DNA of 64,000 nucleotides from Mayamaea pseudoterrestris (taxonomy: Eukaryota), in assembly GCA_027923505.1 (NCBI GenBank), contig BROI01000020.1, positions 558,001 through 622,000 on the forward strand, given 5' to 3'. Below the pieces are notes generated by a model. That model was not told where the DNA came from. It searched no databases and saw nothing but the letters and a program-made list of their open reading frames with translations. Numbering within the stretch: the first letter of the stretch is position 1; the number at the start of each line of letters is the position of its first letter. A program made the position numbers and the translations under genes. Positions 11,401 to 23,300 of the stretch are shown here, piece after piece.

Positions 11401-13319
11401 CGACGCGCCAGCCGTGGATGATGGCGAAATTGAAGGAGTGCCCGATGAAGGCGAAATTGAAGGAGTGCCAGCTGCTGCAGACGAAGAGGATTTCGATGCG
11501 CGCTATGGCCCACGCACTGGTCGGTATGGCCTGCGTGCGCGCAAACCTCGCTCGTTCGCTCATTTGTTCACGCTCGACGCTGCAGAGGAAGTGTCGGAGC
11601 CACTCGTCACGGCACAGATGAATATGCGACAAGGTTTAAAGGCTTTTGGCGATGCTGGAGTGGAGGCAGTGCGCAAGGAAATGCAGCAGCTACACGACAG
11701 GCACGTCATGAAGGCAGTCCCCCAATGCACTCTGACTCCGCAGCAGCGCAAGGACGCTCTGGCGTATTTGATGTTTCTCAAGCGCAAGAGATGCGGGACT
11801 GTGAAGGGACGCGGATGCGCGGATGGACGCAAGCAACGAGCATACACTGCAAAGGAAGACGCAGCATCTCCAACGATAGCGACAGAGGCCATCTTTCTGA
11901 CAGCTATCATTGACGCTATGGAAGGGCGCGAGGTTGCTGTGGTTGATGTACCGGGTGCTTTCATGCAAGCGGAAATGGATGAGTTGGTGCACGTTCGTTT
12001 CACTGGGAAGATGGTGGAGCTACTGTTGGAAATTGATCGCGAGATGTACGAGCCTTGCGTCACAATGGAGAATGGCGAGAAAGTCATGTATGTTGAATTA
12101 CTCATGGCGCTTTATGGTACGCTTCGAGCAGCGCGACTATTCTGGGAGAAGTTGTCCGCAAAATTGCTTGAGTGGGGCTTCGAGAAGAACCCGTACGATC
12201 CGTGTGTGTGCAACAAGATTGTCAATGGGAAGCAAATCACCGTGGGATGGCACGTGGACGATTTGAAGATTTCGCACGTCGACGTGAGCGTAGTGGATGA
12301 GTTCATCGCGCAGATGGATGAGGAGTTTGGCAAGGAGACTCCAATGAATAAGTCACGCGGAAAAGTGCACGACTACCTCGGCATGGTATTGACTATACTA
12401 AGCCTGAGAAGTAGCAATCAACATGGTTGACTATGTGAAGAACATCCTGCATCATGCGCCAGACGACATGGATGGAACGGCAGCTACTCCGGCAGCCAGT
12501 CACTTGTTTCAGATATCGGAAAATCCTGTCATGTTGAGCGAAGCGAAGAAGCAGATTTTTGTGACGATTGTGATGCAGTGTCTGTATCTGAGTCAGCGAG
12601 CGCGACCGGATATTCGCACAGCGATTTCTTTCTTGAGCACGAGGCTGCAGCAGCCTGACGAAGACGACTATAAGAAGGCTGCAAGAGTGATTAAATATTT
12701 ACGCGGAAGCGTGGACATGGTGTTGACGCTGAAGGCGGACCAGTCCGGGATAGTCCAGTGGTGGGTGGATGCGTCGTACGCGGTGCACCCAGACATGAAG
12801 GGTCACACTGGTGGAACAATGACACTTGGCCAAGGATCAGTGTACAGTACGTCGGCTAAACAGAAGTTGGTAACAAGAAGCTCGACGGAGAGCGAAGTTG
12901 TGGGAGTTCATGATGTGCTACCGCAGTTGCTGTGGACAGGATATTTTCTGAAGGCGCAAGGTTTCGGGGTCAAAGACACGAAATTGTATCAAGACAATAT
13001 GAGTTCAATGCTGTTGGAAAAGAATGGCAGAAGCTCAAGTACAAAGCGCACGCGACACATGAATGTTCGGTACTTCTTTGTGAAAGATCGCGTGGCAGCT
13101 GGTGAAGTCAACATTGAGCATTGTCCGACCGGAGACATGGTCGCGGATTTCTTCACGAAACCATTGCAGGGAGCCCAGTTTGGCAAGCTCCGCAACCTGG
13201 TTATGAATCTGGCCTCGAGCAGTAAGTACTACTCGGCCCAAAGGAGTGTGTTGAGCATGGATGAGAACCCAAACCGAAGCGGCAGCGGTGACGTCACGAA
13301 GACGGTCACATTTAAGTAA
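8478..13319 (+). CDS. Copia gag-pol polyprotein, broken into several ORFs by small indels (about 8670, 8958, 9850-9930, 10822, 12390-12410)
   Basis: LHGQCTERMK (gag), CWTCQQVGHVQRDC zinc knuckle, VLLDNQSTVDLFCN protease, integrase D-D-E (CADIMY/MDGEF/HVGEIER), RT VDVPGAF and WHVDDLK, RNase H WWVDASYA and ADFFTKPLQG. The stop codon lies inside the 3' LTR. Confidence 0.95.
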
Positions 13320-13396
13320 AGTGGTTTTATTGACTCTGTTCTGCTTAATCATTAGTGTCGCTTCAAGGGCGCGCAAGATATATTCTAGATCCAACA
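13249..13396 (+). repeat. 3' LTR (148 bp; 63 bp shorter than the 5' LTR)
   Basis: Same termini as the 5' LTR, no substitutions seen, and a single TAAGTAA at the deletion junction. Confidence 0.97.
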
Positions 13397-14133
13397 TGTG
13401 GCTCCTTCACTGGCGAACAGCAATCGCGAATCAGCAAGAATTTCACCTTGCAGATCCTGCAATTATCATTCTTTACAGACATCCAATACAAGTGGCCTGG
13501 GTGAGCCGACGACGATTGCACTACAATCTTGGCGCTGGGTCGTGGGCGAGTATATGAATAAGTAAAGTGGTTTGCGCTGCGGCGATTGACTTGTTCTGCG
13601 GCTGTGTTAATATTGGAGGCATGAACAAGGTCAAGTCGAACCTACTTTCATCCAACGCCGCAGCAGCATCGCCACATGTATCACTGCAACGCGACCAACA
13701 GTTCCTTCCCGACTGCACGCTGGACTACCAGGACCGCGAGAAACCACTTAACATTCGTTGGAAGTATTTAAACTTGACCATGTCTTCGTCGCAGCAAGTT
13801 TTGGACAAGAAGCGGGTCCGACAAGCCATGCTGCTTTACTGCGACATGCAGAGTGGACGGGCCATGCAAGACGACTATGTGCATGGAAACGAATGGAACA
13901 TGCTGGAGCTGGCGTAGCAAAAGAGACGGTGGTTGTGATGCCGCTTGTTTGGCGCTCGGCAATGTTTAACCCTGGCATATTAAACCAGGCACATACTCTT
14001 CGAACCTTGCTGTATCCAACATACTGGCATACGACGATTGTGATTATTTGCCTGAATGTACGTAGTGCTTCAGTCCAGCTCTCATAACTCTAAAATATTA
14101 TATCCCCTCCCCTTTCCTTCTAATTATAGTGCG

Positions 14134-17100
14134 TTAGTCTCGAAGAAACGACGACACGCAGCCCCTCAACAACCTGATGCGACGCTGGCCTTTTGAAACA
14201 ATCGACTGCGAGCTTTCATCGACAACTCCGCCGTGGATCAGGTCGTACTCGTCGTCGGCCAAACTTCTGTCGCTGCAAGTCATTGCCTGATGACGGTACA
14301 GTCGGCGAGGCGTGGCTGTTGTCGCGGCCTTTCGCAAAGCTACATCCGCAAAGGCAGTAGCGTCACTGACCGCAGTTGGCGATGCCTTGCTCGTTTTGGT
14401 AGCTTCGTCCAGCCGCTTTTCAATCAGTGTCGGATGAAGATCAATGGATGACTGCTCAGGAGTACTACTCCAGGTGTTCAAGGTAGAATCAAACGGAGCC
14501 GCGCTAGTCGGCGAAGACTGCCGAGATGATGCAGGTTGTGCATGATTGATACGCGAAGATTCAAGCAAGTTCCTTGACTGCAACTGATTGCGGCCCCTTT
14601 CCGTGACAAGCTGCTGTTGCTTTCTCATCGTTTCGAGTTTTCGAATGAAGGCCTTTCGACTAGCTACAATTCCTGCATTTGACGCGGCATCATCGTCTCC
14701 TTTGGCAATGTGAAAAGGATCAAAGACTTCCGCTGAGCTGCCTGTGACTGGGTTGTCTTTCGCTACACTCCACTGACGCTGCCACTCGCTCGAGCCACAG
14801 TCGTTTGGTGACTTGCTTGGTGTACTGTCGCTGCGAGCTCTTCTGAGCGACGATGGTGTCAGCTTATTAACTCGATGGTTGCTGTCGATTGATGACGTGC
14901 TAATGTCAAGTTGAATTGGTGGATCGCCAAACGTCTTTGTATCTGGCCAAGCTGCTTCCCACGCGTCGACGCTGAAATCTTTGTCAATCACTGCAGATTC
15001 GTTGGCGAAAGTGTTCGTTTCAAAGGCCACAAAGTCACTAGACATGGTTGGATCTGCTTGCTGCAACGACAAACGGCTCCGTTGGGCCCTCGAGGCGCTT
15101 CCTGGAGGAGAGTACGAACGTCGACGATTTCGTAAATGCTCTGGACTGACTGGCCCATGATGGCTCAAATGTCTTACGCTTTCGCCTCGACCAACCGAGG
15201 CAGTACGATGGATGTTCAAAGTATCGTTCATCATGCGCCGCTGCTTCCAGTCTTCAACTCGAGCTTTGCGGAGCGCCAAACGCTCGGCAAAGTCGTCATT
15301 ATCGTGGCCAAGTTTGACTGCCTCGGTGTCGCCACTTTGGATCCCCTTCAACTGCATTGAATCATTAACGACAAGAAAAGTACTCTCCTTGGTGATAGCC
15401 GGTACGTTTGGCATGGACGGACCCGCGGCCTCGCCAATCAAATTGGCAGCATTCTCCGCACCATGCCGTCGCGCCAAATCCAAGTCCTCCTTCCAAGGAG
15501 ATAATCTTGGCTCGGCGCCAAGTCGGGGCTCCATCGATACAAAGTCTCCATTAGATGATCGAAATGACGACTTGAACGCTTCACACGACGGTGCCGCCAA
15601 ACGACTTTGAGAGTGCGACTCGTTACTAGTCGACGCCGCAACGTTGTGAAGCTTGTCCACGCGAGACACTGGAACCGGCGAGCTCGACCTTACTCCAGAA
15701 ACCGCAGACTCTTGGCGCCGCCCTTCCATGGACTCGTCACTCTCCAAATGATCCGAACGGTCGCGGCGATGACTCCTTGTTGATTGTTCAGTCTCCTTGA
15801 CTGCTCGATCGCGCGGCAGGGGCCGATCCGTCCAGGGCGACACGGGTCGTTCCCAGTGGCCGTAACGCACCGGATAGTGGTTGGCACGGCCGTCAAGCGG
15901 TCTCGTCAGGGGAGTGACTCGTCCACTACTGTTAGACGCGTCGGTATTATTTTCCTCCACATGCTGCGAGCTAACGGTAGTCGCAACATTTGGGTCGCGC
16001 CGCCGCTCCCGCACCTGGTCGAGTCCTTGCTGAGCGCGACGATGACTACGTTCGCTCGTCTTGCCCGACGAGGAGAATTGCTCAAACTTTTTGATTGCAT
16101 CGTGCACCCTGACACTGACGGGTGCTGGCGTGGGAGAACTCTCGCGACTCCGTTCCTCCTCCAGGACTTGCTCAAAGCCTTGCTCGTCAGAGTCTTCGTG
16201 AAACGCAAGCTCTAAATTGCAAGCACGATCGTTTACGACATGGAGACTCTCCTCGAGACGCGAAATGGGCGAAAGCATGACGCCGTCAAAGGGATTGGAA
16301 CTATTGAGGCTGTCGTCATTTGGCGCATGGAATTCTACAGACTGGTCGTCGTCTTCTTCGTCTGCAATCTGCTGCTGCGAGTAGCGGAGCGTCTTGGTGT
16401 CATACGCGGCGGAGCGCTCTCCGCTATAGCAATGCTTCATTGCCGCCTCGTTAAGCAACAGCGGCAGCTGGCTGCCATTGCTTTGATAACTCGCGTGAAG
16501 CAGCGTACGACTAGCAGCAGACATTGACGACGACGCATGCGACACCAAACTGCTCACGCTGGCATCCTTTTCCTCCTCGACGCGCACCAAGAATTGCTCC
16601 GTCTTGGTTTCGTCATCACATTCCGCATCTTGTTGCTGCTGCCGCTGCTCGTCATGCTCCAGTAGTACACTCTGCACGTACAAATTGTGCTGCTCACGAT
16701 CCAGCAGCTGCGCCACTTGCTCCAAGTACTGCTGTAAGTCGTCCAGTTGTGACTGCGACTTTTTGCGCAAATTTCTATACTCAACATCAGTGTAATGGGG
16801 ATGCGTGGGCAAGACGTTTGCCAAAAAGTGACGCAAGCGACTGCCAATCAGGTAGGCTTCAATGAGCTCGTCGCGCGAGTCAACGGCGTGCTCCAGGAAT
16901 TGCTCCAGGACCTGCGTAATTGGAGTATCATGGTTAGAAACAGAAATTAATTTTCATAACATGCACTATCATCATCAGCTACTACTGCATTTTGTTCACT
17001 CACGCGATTCGCCACTCCATAGTATTGCTCCAGACTGCCATTGGCGTCGAGACGAATCTGCGAACAACTGCCGTCGCGCTGCAGCAGTCGCTCGCGAAAC

Positions 17101-17249
17101 TGACGGCCCGGCATGCGCCAGCGTTGCTCCGACTCGCAACTTTGCTGCGAAAACGAGCTGGATATGTTCAATGGTAATTGTTGGTGATGAGAAGGAGCGG
17201 GTGACGACGAGTGGTGGTAGGGATGATGGGACAGTGATGGTTGGTCCAT
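14134..17249 (-). CDS. Large, mostly disordered protein with an N-terminal USP8/AMSH-type MIT-like helical domain; intron 16912-17003
   Basis: GTGAGT donor, CTAAC branch and CAG acceptor join LEQYYGVANR to VLEQFLEH...EAYLIGSRLRHFLANVLPTHPHY in frame with the 900-aa ORF. The AY...R...LPxHPxY pattern resembles USP8_dimer. Confidence 0.7.
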
Positions 17250-17845
17250 CTTGCTGCTGAAATTCTTGCAGCTGCTTGCTGCTGCTGCTATATGAATATC
17301 TACAGCTGTGATTCGCTTTCTCGTCCTTGCAAGTCTCTATGAGTATATTACTTGCTGTCGCTATTGCTTGCTCAAGCAGAGAGAGAGAGACGATGTAGAG
17401 ACGAGGTTAACCGATGATGCAAGTGCGCATTGGATGTTTCGAAAGGAACGAGTCGCGCGTGCTGTGACAAGAGAAACGGCTTGGCCGGCTCGCTGGGTGC
17501 CGTTGGTGACTGCCACTGTGATGCGTCCTGCACGCGAGCCGAGATATCAACGGCGACTGTCACGAAATTCTGCACAGCGCTACCGATAGGATGAAATGCG
17601 AAGCTGCACGACCAACAACATTAGGATTCCAACAGCCATTTCCTACGATACATGACGCATCGTCTAGTAGAGCAGACTGCTAGGAGGGAAATTCAAACTT
17701 GACAGGAGCGCTAAGCGTGCTTATTATTTTGTGCTTTTCCCACAGACTTGCGACTTGCGGGCTTTGCTCAGTCGTTTCCCAAACTTGACCATATTAACCA
17801 CACCACTGGTGACTCGAGCGAGCGAGATTTGTTATTATGATTACA

Positions 17846-18541
17846 CTACGAAACGATACACTGCGGAAACAGTAGTGACGCTTGCACTCGCTGCGCCACC
17901 GAAAGAGCCGACGTTTGGCGACTCCACGCGTCAACGATTGCGTCTGCTTCGTTCCACTCCAACGCCAGTTCCTCGTGCGACCCACTGATGCGTCTTCCAT
18001 GGTGCAATACCACCAAATAGGGAAGCTGCGTCACGTTGAAGCAAGCTTGCAGCGTGGGCGTCAAGCGAGTGTAGCCAAAGCCACTGCCGCACAGGCAAGT
18101 TTCGACTGGTTGTGTAGCGCGACGAGAGGTACTACTACTGCTGCTACCGACTTTCTCCTCATGGTCACCACCACCATTGAATGTTTCACTGCTGCTCGCT
18201 TCGGATTCCGATGCAATGACAATGCAAGCTACTTGCTGCGAGTGACTTTCGGCGAGACGCACGAGTGCTTTGCGAATGGCAAGGGAATGCTGCTGGGTCA
18301 AGTCCATGAAGAGCAACACAACAATGTTTTTGCCGTTCACCAGATCCAGCAAGTCTACCATGCATGGTGATGTTACTGAATCATGTTGCTGCTGCTGCTG
18401 CTCCCGCTTTCGTCGCGCACCAGGCCGGAGTCGCTTGGTCGTTTCCGTCCAAACGATGGCATCGTGGGCGTATAGCGTGACTTGATCTGGTAGGAATCGC
18501 AACAGTCCGGGGACTCGTCGTGGTAATTGTTGTTGTTGCAT
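17846..18541 (-). CDS. Thioredoxin-like fold protein without a CxxC motif
   Basis: KNIVVLLFMD strand-helix pattern and FNVTQLPYLVVL (cis-Pro loop) followed by GRRIS; ATG-initiated 231-aa ORF. Confidence 0.6.
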   Translation of the reverse strand: MQQQQLPRRVPGLLRFLPDQVTLYAHDAIVWTETTKRLRPGARRKREQQQQQHDSVTSPCMVDLLDLVNGKNIVVLLFMDLTQQHSLAIRKALVRLAESHSQQVACIVIASESEASSSETFNGGGDHEEKVGSSSSSTSRRATQPVETCLCGSGFGYTRLTPTLQACFNVTQLPYLVVLHHGRRISGSHEELALEWNEADAIVDAWSRQTSALSVAQRVQASLLFPQCIVS

Positions 18542-18905
18542 TTGTTCTTGCAGCAGTATTTGTACAAAGCTGCTTTCTCGATGGTTGTTTATCGTCTTGG
18601 TGGTGGTCGAATGGTCGTACGACGGATCAAGTGAGACGCGTTCCGACTCGATTTCAGTGCCGGATGGTACGAGTCTCAGCTATCCACGGGCTGCCAACCG
18701 ACCTGCGCCGAGTGAAACTGTACAAATCTTTTGTTGAATGTTATAAAGCACAGATTTTGTTTTATTGACTAAATAGTCATAACCTGGTATTAATATAAAG
18801 CTGTGATATTTCATGCTTTAGTATCATCAGCAAAAACCAGCTGGCAACGCACGTCGAGGAAGTAGCAAGAACAAGGATTCCACACAAATCCTTTCGGTAA
18901 ACAAA

Positions 18906-19817
18906 CTACACCGGCATGACGCACTGCGTCCCCGTCGCCACGGGCCAAGTGTTACTGCCAAAGCAGCCGGAAATGGACCCCATCGTTCCGTCGCTAAAGG
19001 TCAATTGAAAGCTCACCGCCTTGTTTGTAGCGCCCGTGAGACTCGCCGCCCAGGTGGCCCCGCTCACTTTATACATTTGCGTCGTGACTGTTCCAATTGT
19101 AATACGCGCCGCTTTGACGCCAGTGACTCCGCCGGCAAACAAGACTTTGGTGTAGTAAGCATTGTTGCCATCCAAAACTACCGCCGCCAGTGGCGAGCGT
19201 TTACAGTTCACCTTGGCGTAGGCCACTGGAAATACGCCAGTGTTGGCACCCGAAATAGCTTGATGCGCCGTTAAGTAGCAGTCAAAGTGTTTCGAGCCGC
19301 CGGCGCCCGAGTCAACCACTTGAATGACGGCGGAACCTGCTTTTCCCGGATCGCTGCCGCCACTGCCACTGTATGACACGCGGTAGCAGCTTCCGCAAGT
19401 GACGCCACTTTCATACAAGTCGTCACTGACGGCGCAGTACATTCCGGGATTGACATAGTTGATGAGCCACGGCGTCGCTCCGCCCGAAATCGCCGTCGAC
19501 GAAGCGTACTCGCAGGATGACCCTTGCACCGTAGTTGGGCTCGTCGTCCACATGGTTAATTGGCCGCCCGTCACGCATTTGGATTGCTGGGGGCACTGCA
19601 ACTGACAAACTTGAAACACCTTTTTGTTGGTGCGCTGATCCACGAGGCGGCACTGCGATTTGATAATGGCTTTGCATGTCAAAAGACTATTGTTGACTTT
19701 GACGCGGGTCGAACCAAAATTGTTGCAGGTTGGTGAAAAGGCGGCGTGAGCAACTGAAACGACGCAGCAAATCAAGAGGAGATTGGTGAGCAGGCTTTGT
19801 GATGAAGAACGCTCCAT
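18906..19817 (-). CDS. Secreted expansin-like protein (DPBB/EG45 + CBM63-like) with a Cys-rich N-terminal extension
   Basis: Signal peptide LLTNLLLICCVVSVAHA; CAVSDDLYESGVTCGSCYRV, VVD and HFD motifs, YAKVNC linker, then a beta-rich domain NAYYTKVLF...GATW. Confidence 0.85.
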   Translation of the reverse strand: MERSSSQSLLTNLLLICCVVSVAHAAFSPTCNNFGSTRVKVNNSLLTCKAIIKSQCRLVDQRTNKKVFQVCQLQCPQQSKCVTGGQLTMWTTSPTTVQGSSCEYASSTAISGGATPWLINYVNPGMYCAVSDDLYESGVTCGSCYRVSYSGSGGSDPGKAGSAVIQVVDSGAGGSKHFDCYLTAHQAISGANTGVFPVAYAKVNCKRSPLAAVVLDGNNAYYTKVLFAGGVTGVKAARITIGTVTTQMYKVSGATWAASLTGATNKAVSFQLTFSDGTMGSISGCFGSNTWPVATGTQCVMPV

Positions 19818-20333
19818 TCTACTTGTGCGAGCCAGGAGCAACAACGAGCTTGACGGAAACGAAATGAAGATTTGCAGCCAGAGCAAATGCTAGTGCCTAC
19901 TGCTATAATGGACGGCTGTGCAATATTGCTCAAACCAACTGATTGCAAGACTCCACAGTCGTGGAGTTTACCAGGTCATGACCAATGTTGCCCTAGTACA
20001 AATAAGCTGTTAGCACCGCCATTCTGATCTTGCTTGTCGTTCACAGTGTTGGTCGTAAAATCGACAATCGATCGTGAATGACATAAATGACTGTGAAACG
20101 TCACACTGTCTCACAATGACCTTGAAACGTCGTGGGGCAATGCAAAGTGTGACCCATTGACATTTTCGTCCGCCGCGCCGCGAGAAAGGCGCGAGTCCCC
20201 TTGGTGCTTCCATGCATGGAACGAGAAGGCGTGAACGGTGTCGCTCATCCTCTCCATCTTTTTTTATACATTACGCTACAATAGCAGGCAAACTAGTCTC
20301 GCTCTCACCAAACTACTAGCTGCTGCACTTACA

Positions 20334-23300
20334 ATGAACGACGAACACAGGGACGAAACGGACGCTTCGCGCAATCACGACGAAAGCTGCAGCAACAGCA
20401 ACGACTACTCCAACGACAGCAGCGATTACGACGACGCCGACGACTCTGACTTATGGGACAGTCAATCCAGCGCCAATGGCGGCAACTCTCCCAATGACGA
20501 CGTGGTTCATTCCGAAGTCCAGCAGCTGAGTCGGCGCGAAACGCGCGCCATTCGGGCCTGGCGAGTGTTTATTCTGCTGCTCATTACCTGCGTCGGAGTG
20601 GGAGTCTCGGTTGGTTTCTGGGTAGTGTTGAGCAACGAGGAGCATGATCGATACATGGAATCGGTATGTGGCAATGAAATGTTGTAGTTGATGATGGATA
20701 GATGTATGCAGACTTTCCATGCTATTCGCGCTGCTTCAACCTTTCGCTCACTACGCGGCCATCATTTTTTCCTTCCTCACATCTGTTTTCCATTTCACAT
20801 ATATTTCCAGTACCAAACCTTTGCCCGCTCCATTCAAGACACGACCAAATTCTACGTCAACAATTTGCACCACGCCACGCGCGACTTGGCGCAAACCATT
20901 ACCGTCTCCAGTCTCGTGCGGAACGAAACCTTTCCCTTTGTCACTGTCGGTTTGTTTGAAACGCTGGCGCGGCACTCGCTGCAGCAATCGGCCATGGAGG
21001 CGCTGCTGTATAGTCCAATGGTGAGTGACGTTCAACGCGCTCAATGGGAGCAATATAGCGTGGCGCATCAAGATTGGATTGCGGCCAGTCAGTCGCAATA
21101 TATGCAAGTGGCAAGTACCGGTAACGGCGGAACTGGAACGTTGCAGTCGGATAGTAGTATCTACACGGATGCAGGTAGTGTACCGATTGCACCTTACATT
21201 TGGAGTGCTACAACGACGACGAACGGCAGTACTGAATCACTGCGCCGCGTCGCGGAACCACCAAACAGCGGACCCTACTTGCCAACGTGGATGGTGTCGC
21301 CTCTGCCACAATCGGGCAACTTTTTCATTAATTCGAATCGATTCAATGCTCCCACGCTCCATGCGCAGTACTACTTTACGGCGGGAGTGGCGCGCGGTGA
21401 GTGTGTATCTGTTGTCATGTTGTTGTCATGTTGGTGCGATAAGATGAAGCATTGCCATGCACGCGTCACTTTTGTCTCACGTCAATTCATTCATTTTCTG
21501 TTGTCGCTTCGTTGACGCAGAAGGAATATTTTCGCACGTTCCCGACTTGCTGCACGAAGCAACGAACGCATCCATTGACTTTGACCATTACAGTCATCGC
21601 GAGATTGACGGCAGCGTCACGGCGGATCGTGTTTCGGACAAGGGTTTGCCGCACTCAATACTCATTGAACCAGTCTTTGACACGCTGAATGAAGACACGT
21701 CCAACGTGGTTGGTTACGTGGAGGGAGTCGTCTTGTGGAACCACTACATGACGGGGCTGGTGCCGGATGGTGTGAATGGAATTTGCTGCGTGCTGCAAAA
21801 CTCGTGTGGGCAGTCGTTCACCTTTACGCTGAATGGAACCAAGGTACGTGTTACAATTGTGAAAAAGTCTTGGCGCATCATTGTCCATTCGACATTCATC
21901 TGCATTTGGCTGTTGCTGATACTCTATTTCCTGCTGCTCTAACAGCCAGAATCCGTTGGAGCCGGTGACTTGCATGAGTCGGCTTACGATGGCACTGCGG
22001 TGTACGTTCCGCTCTACGACTACATTTACCCCAACGCAACGCAACAATTAGACGGCCACTGTGAGTACTACATGACTGTGTACTCGAGCGCCGAGTTTGA
22101 GGAGCAAGCGACGACAAATCTGCCAGCAGTGGTGACGGCGGCGGCTGCCGGCTTGTTTGCGTTGGTGCTGCTAGTGTTTGTGTTGTACGATTGCTTTGTG
22201 GAGCGACGCAACAGCATTTTGCTCGAGGCGGCGGAAAAGTCACACAATATACTTTCGAGTCTGTTTCCGCAAAATGTGCGGGAGCGATTGTTTGCGGAAC
22301 AAAAGGAGGCAGAGATTTTAGCGAAGCAAAATGACGGTCAACGCGCTCGCAACCTCAAAGGGTACATTGACGGCAGCATGAATGGCGTGGTTGAGGAGGC
22401 TGACGATGAGATGGGCTACAAGGGCAAGCCAATTGCCGACTTGTTCTCCGAGAGTACTGTCCTCTTTGCTGATATCGCCGGATTTACCGCTTGGAGCTCT
22501 CAGCGCGAACCAGCGCAGGTATTCACTTTGCTTGAGACGTTGTATCGAGCGTTTGATGAGATTGCAACGAAACGTCGAGTTTTTAAAGTGGAGACAATTG
22601 GAGATTGCTACGTTGCAGTCACTGGCGTACCCGAACCGCAAAAGGAGCATGCTGTCATTATGTGCCGCTTTGCACGAGACATGATGGTATCTACACGCTC
22701 GCTTGTCAAGCGACTAGAAACGACGCTGGGACCGGACACGGGTGACTTGGACATGCGAGTCGGCATACACTCGGGTCCTGTCACAGCTGGTGTATTAAGA
22801 GGCGAGCGGTCGCGTTTCCAGGTATGTATCGAATTCACTTTCATTTTGCTTGAGCTAAGTTGGCTTACACTGGTTTTCTATTAAACGTTCTACAGCTATT
22901 TGGGGATACAATGGTACGTACACTATGCGGGCATGCTTGTATACGCACCTTTAATGATTGTCGCAGCTCAAATCCTTTTGCCTTTTGCAGAACACTGCTT
23001 CACGAACTGAAAGCACTGGTGTGAAGGGGAAGATTCAACTTTCGCAAGAAACAGCAGACCATCTCATCGGATCTGGTAAGGCACACTGGATTGCACAGCG
23101 CTCCGACAAGGTTGTTGCAAAAGGCAAGGGAGAAATGACAACTTATTGGCTAGTTTTCGCGTCGTCAGGCGGTTCTTCTGGGCCGTCGCATGCCAACTCG
23201 TCGGAGCAAGATCCACAGGAAACGAAACTTGAGGTTGAAGAGGAATCTGCTCCCAAGACGGATGCACAACAAGCACGCGTTGCAACTGAGAAGACATCGA

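Larger units (their letters stand above)
8240..13396 (+). mobile_element. Full-length Ty1/copia LTR retrotransposon (diatom CoDi-like), recent insertion, 5-bp TSD TGTGG at 8235-8239 and 13397-13401
   Basis: Both LTRs run TGTTG...CAACA and the TSD is perfect. Domain order is gag(CCHC)-protease-integrase-RT-RNase H. A purine-rich AAAGGAGTG lies directly before the 3' LTR. Confidence 0.98.
7586..13917 (+). pseudogene. Type II membrane sulfotransferase-like (P-loop) gene interrupted by the copia element; 3' part garbled and its end uncertain
   Basis: N-terminal TM helix, LLGMHRSGTS (5'-PSB-like loop), NAQGYYE and WLVKDPRLSLTLPLW up to 8239. The frame resumes after the TSD at 13397 with WLLHW...IIILYRHPIQVA (3'-PB-like RHP). 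Confidence 0.8.

Noticed and set aside
8784..11632. Long antisense ORFs (366 aa, 350 aa) in the retrotransposon and similar shadow ORFs opposite other genes
   Set aside because: They mirror the coding strand of GC-rich genes and show no recognisable motifs.
8660..12423. Programmed ribosomal frameshifting between the copia ORFs
   Set aside because: The breaks fall inside conserved domains, lack obvious slippery sites, and several are fixed by restoring single bases in short runs. Errors or decay are more likely.
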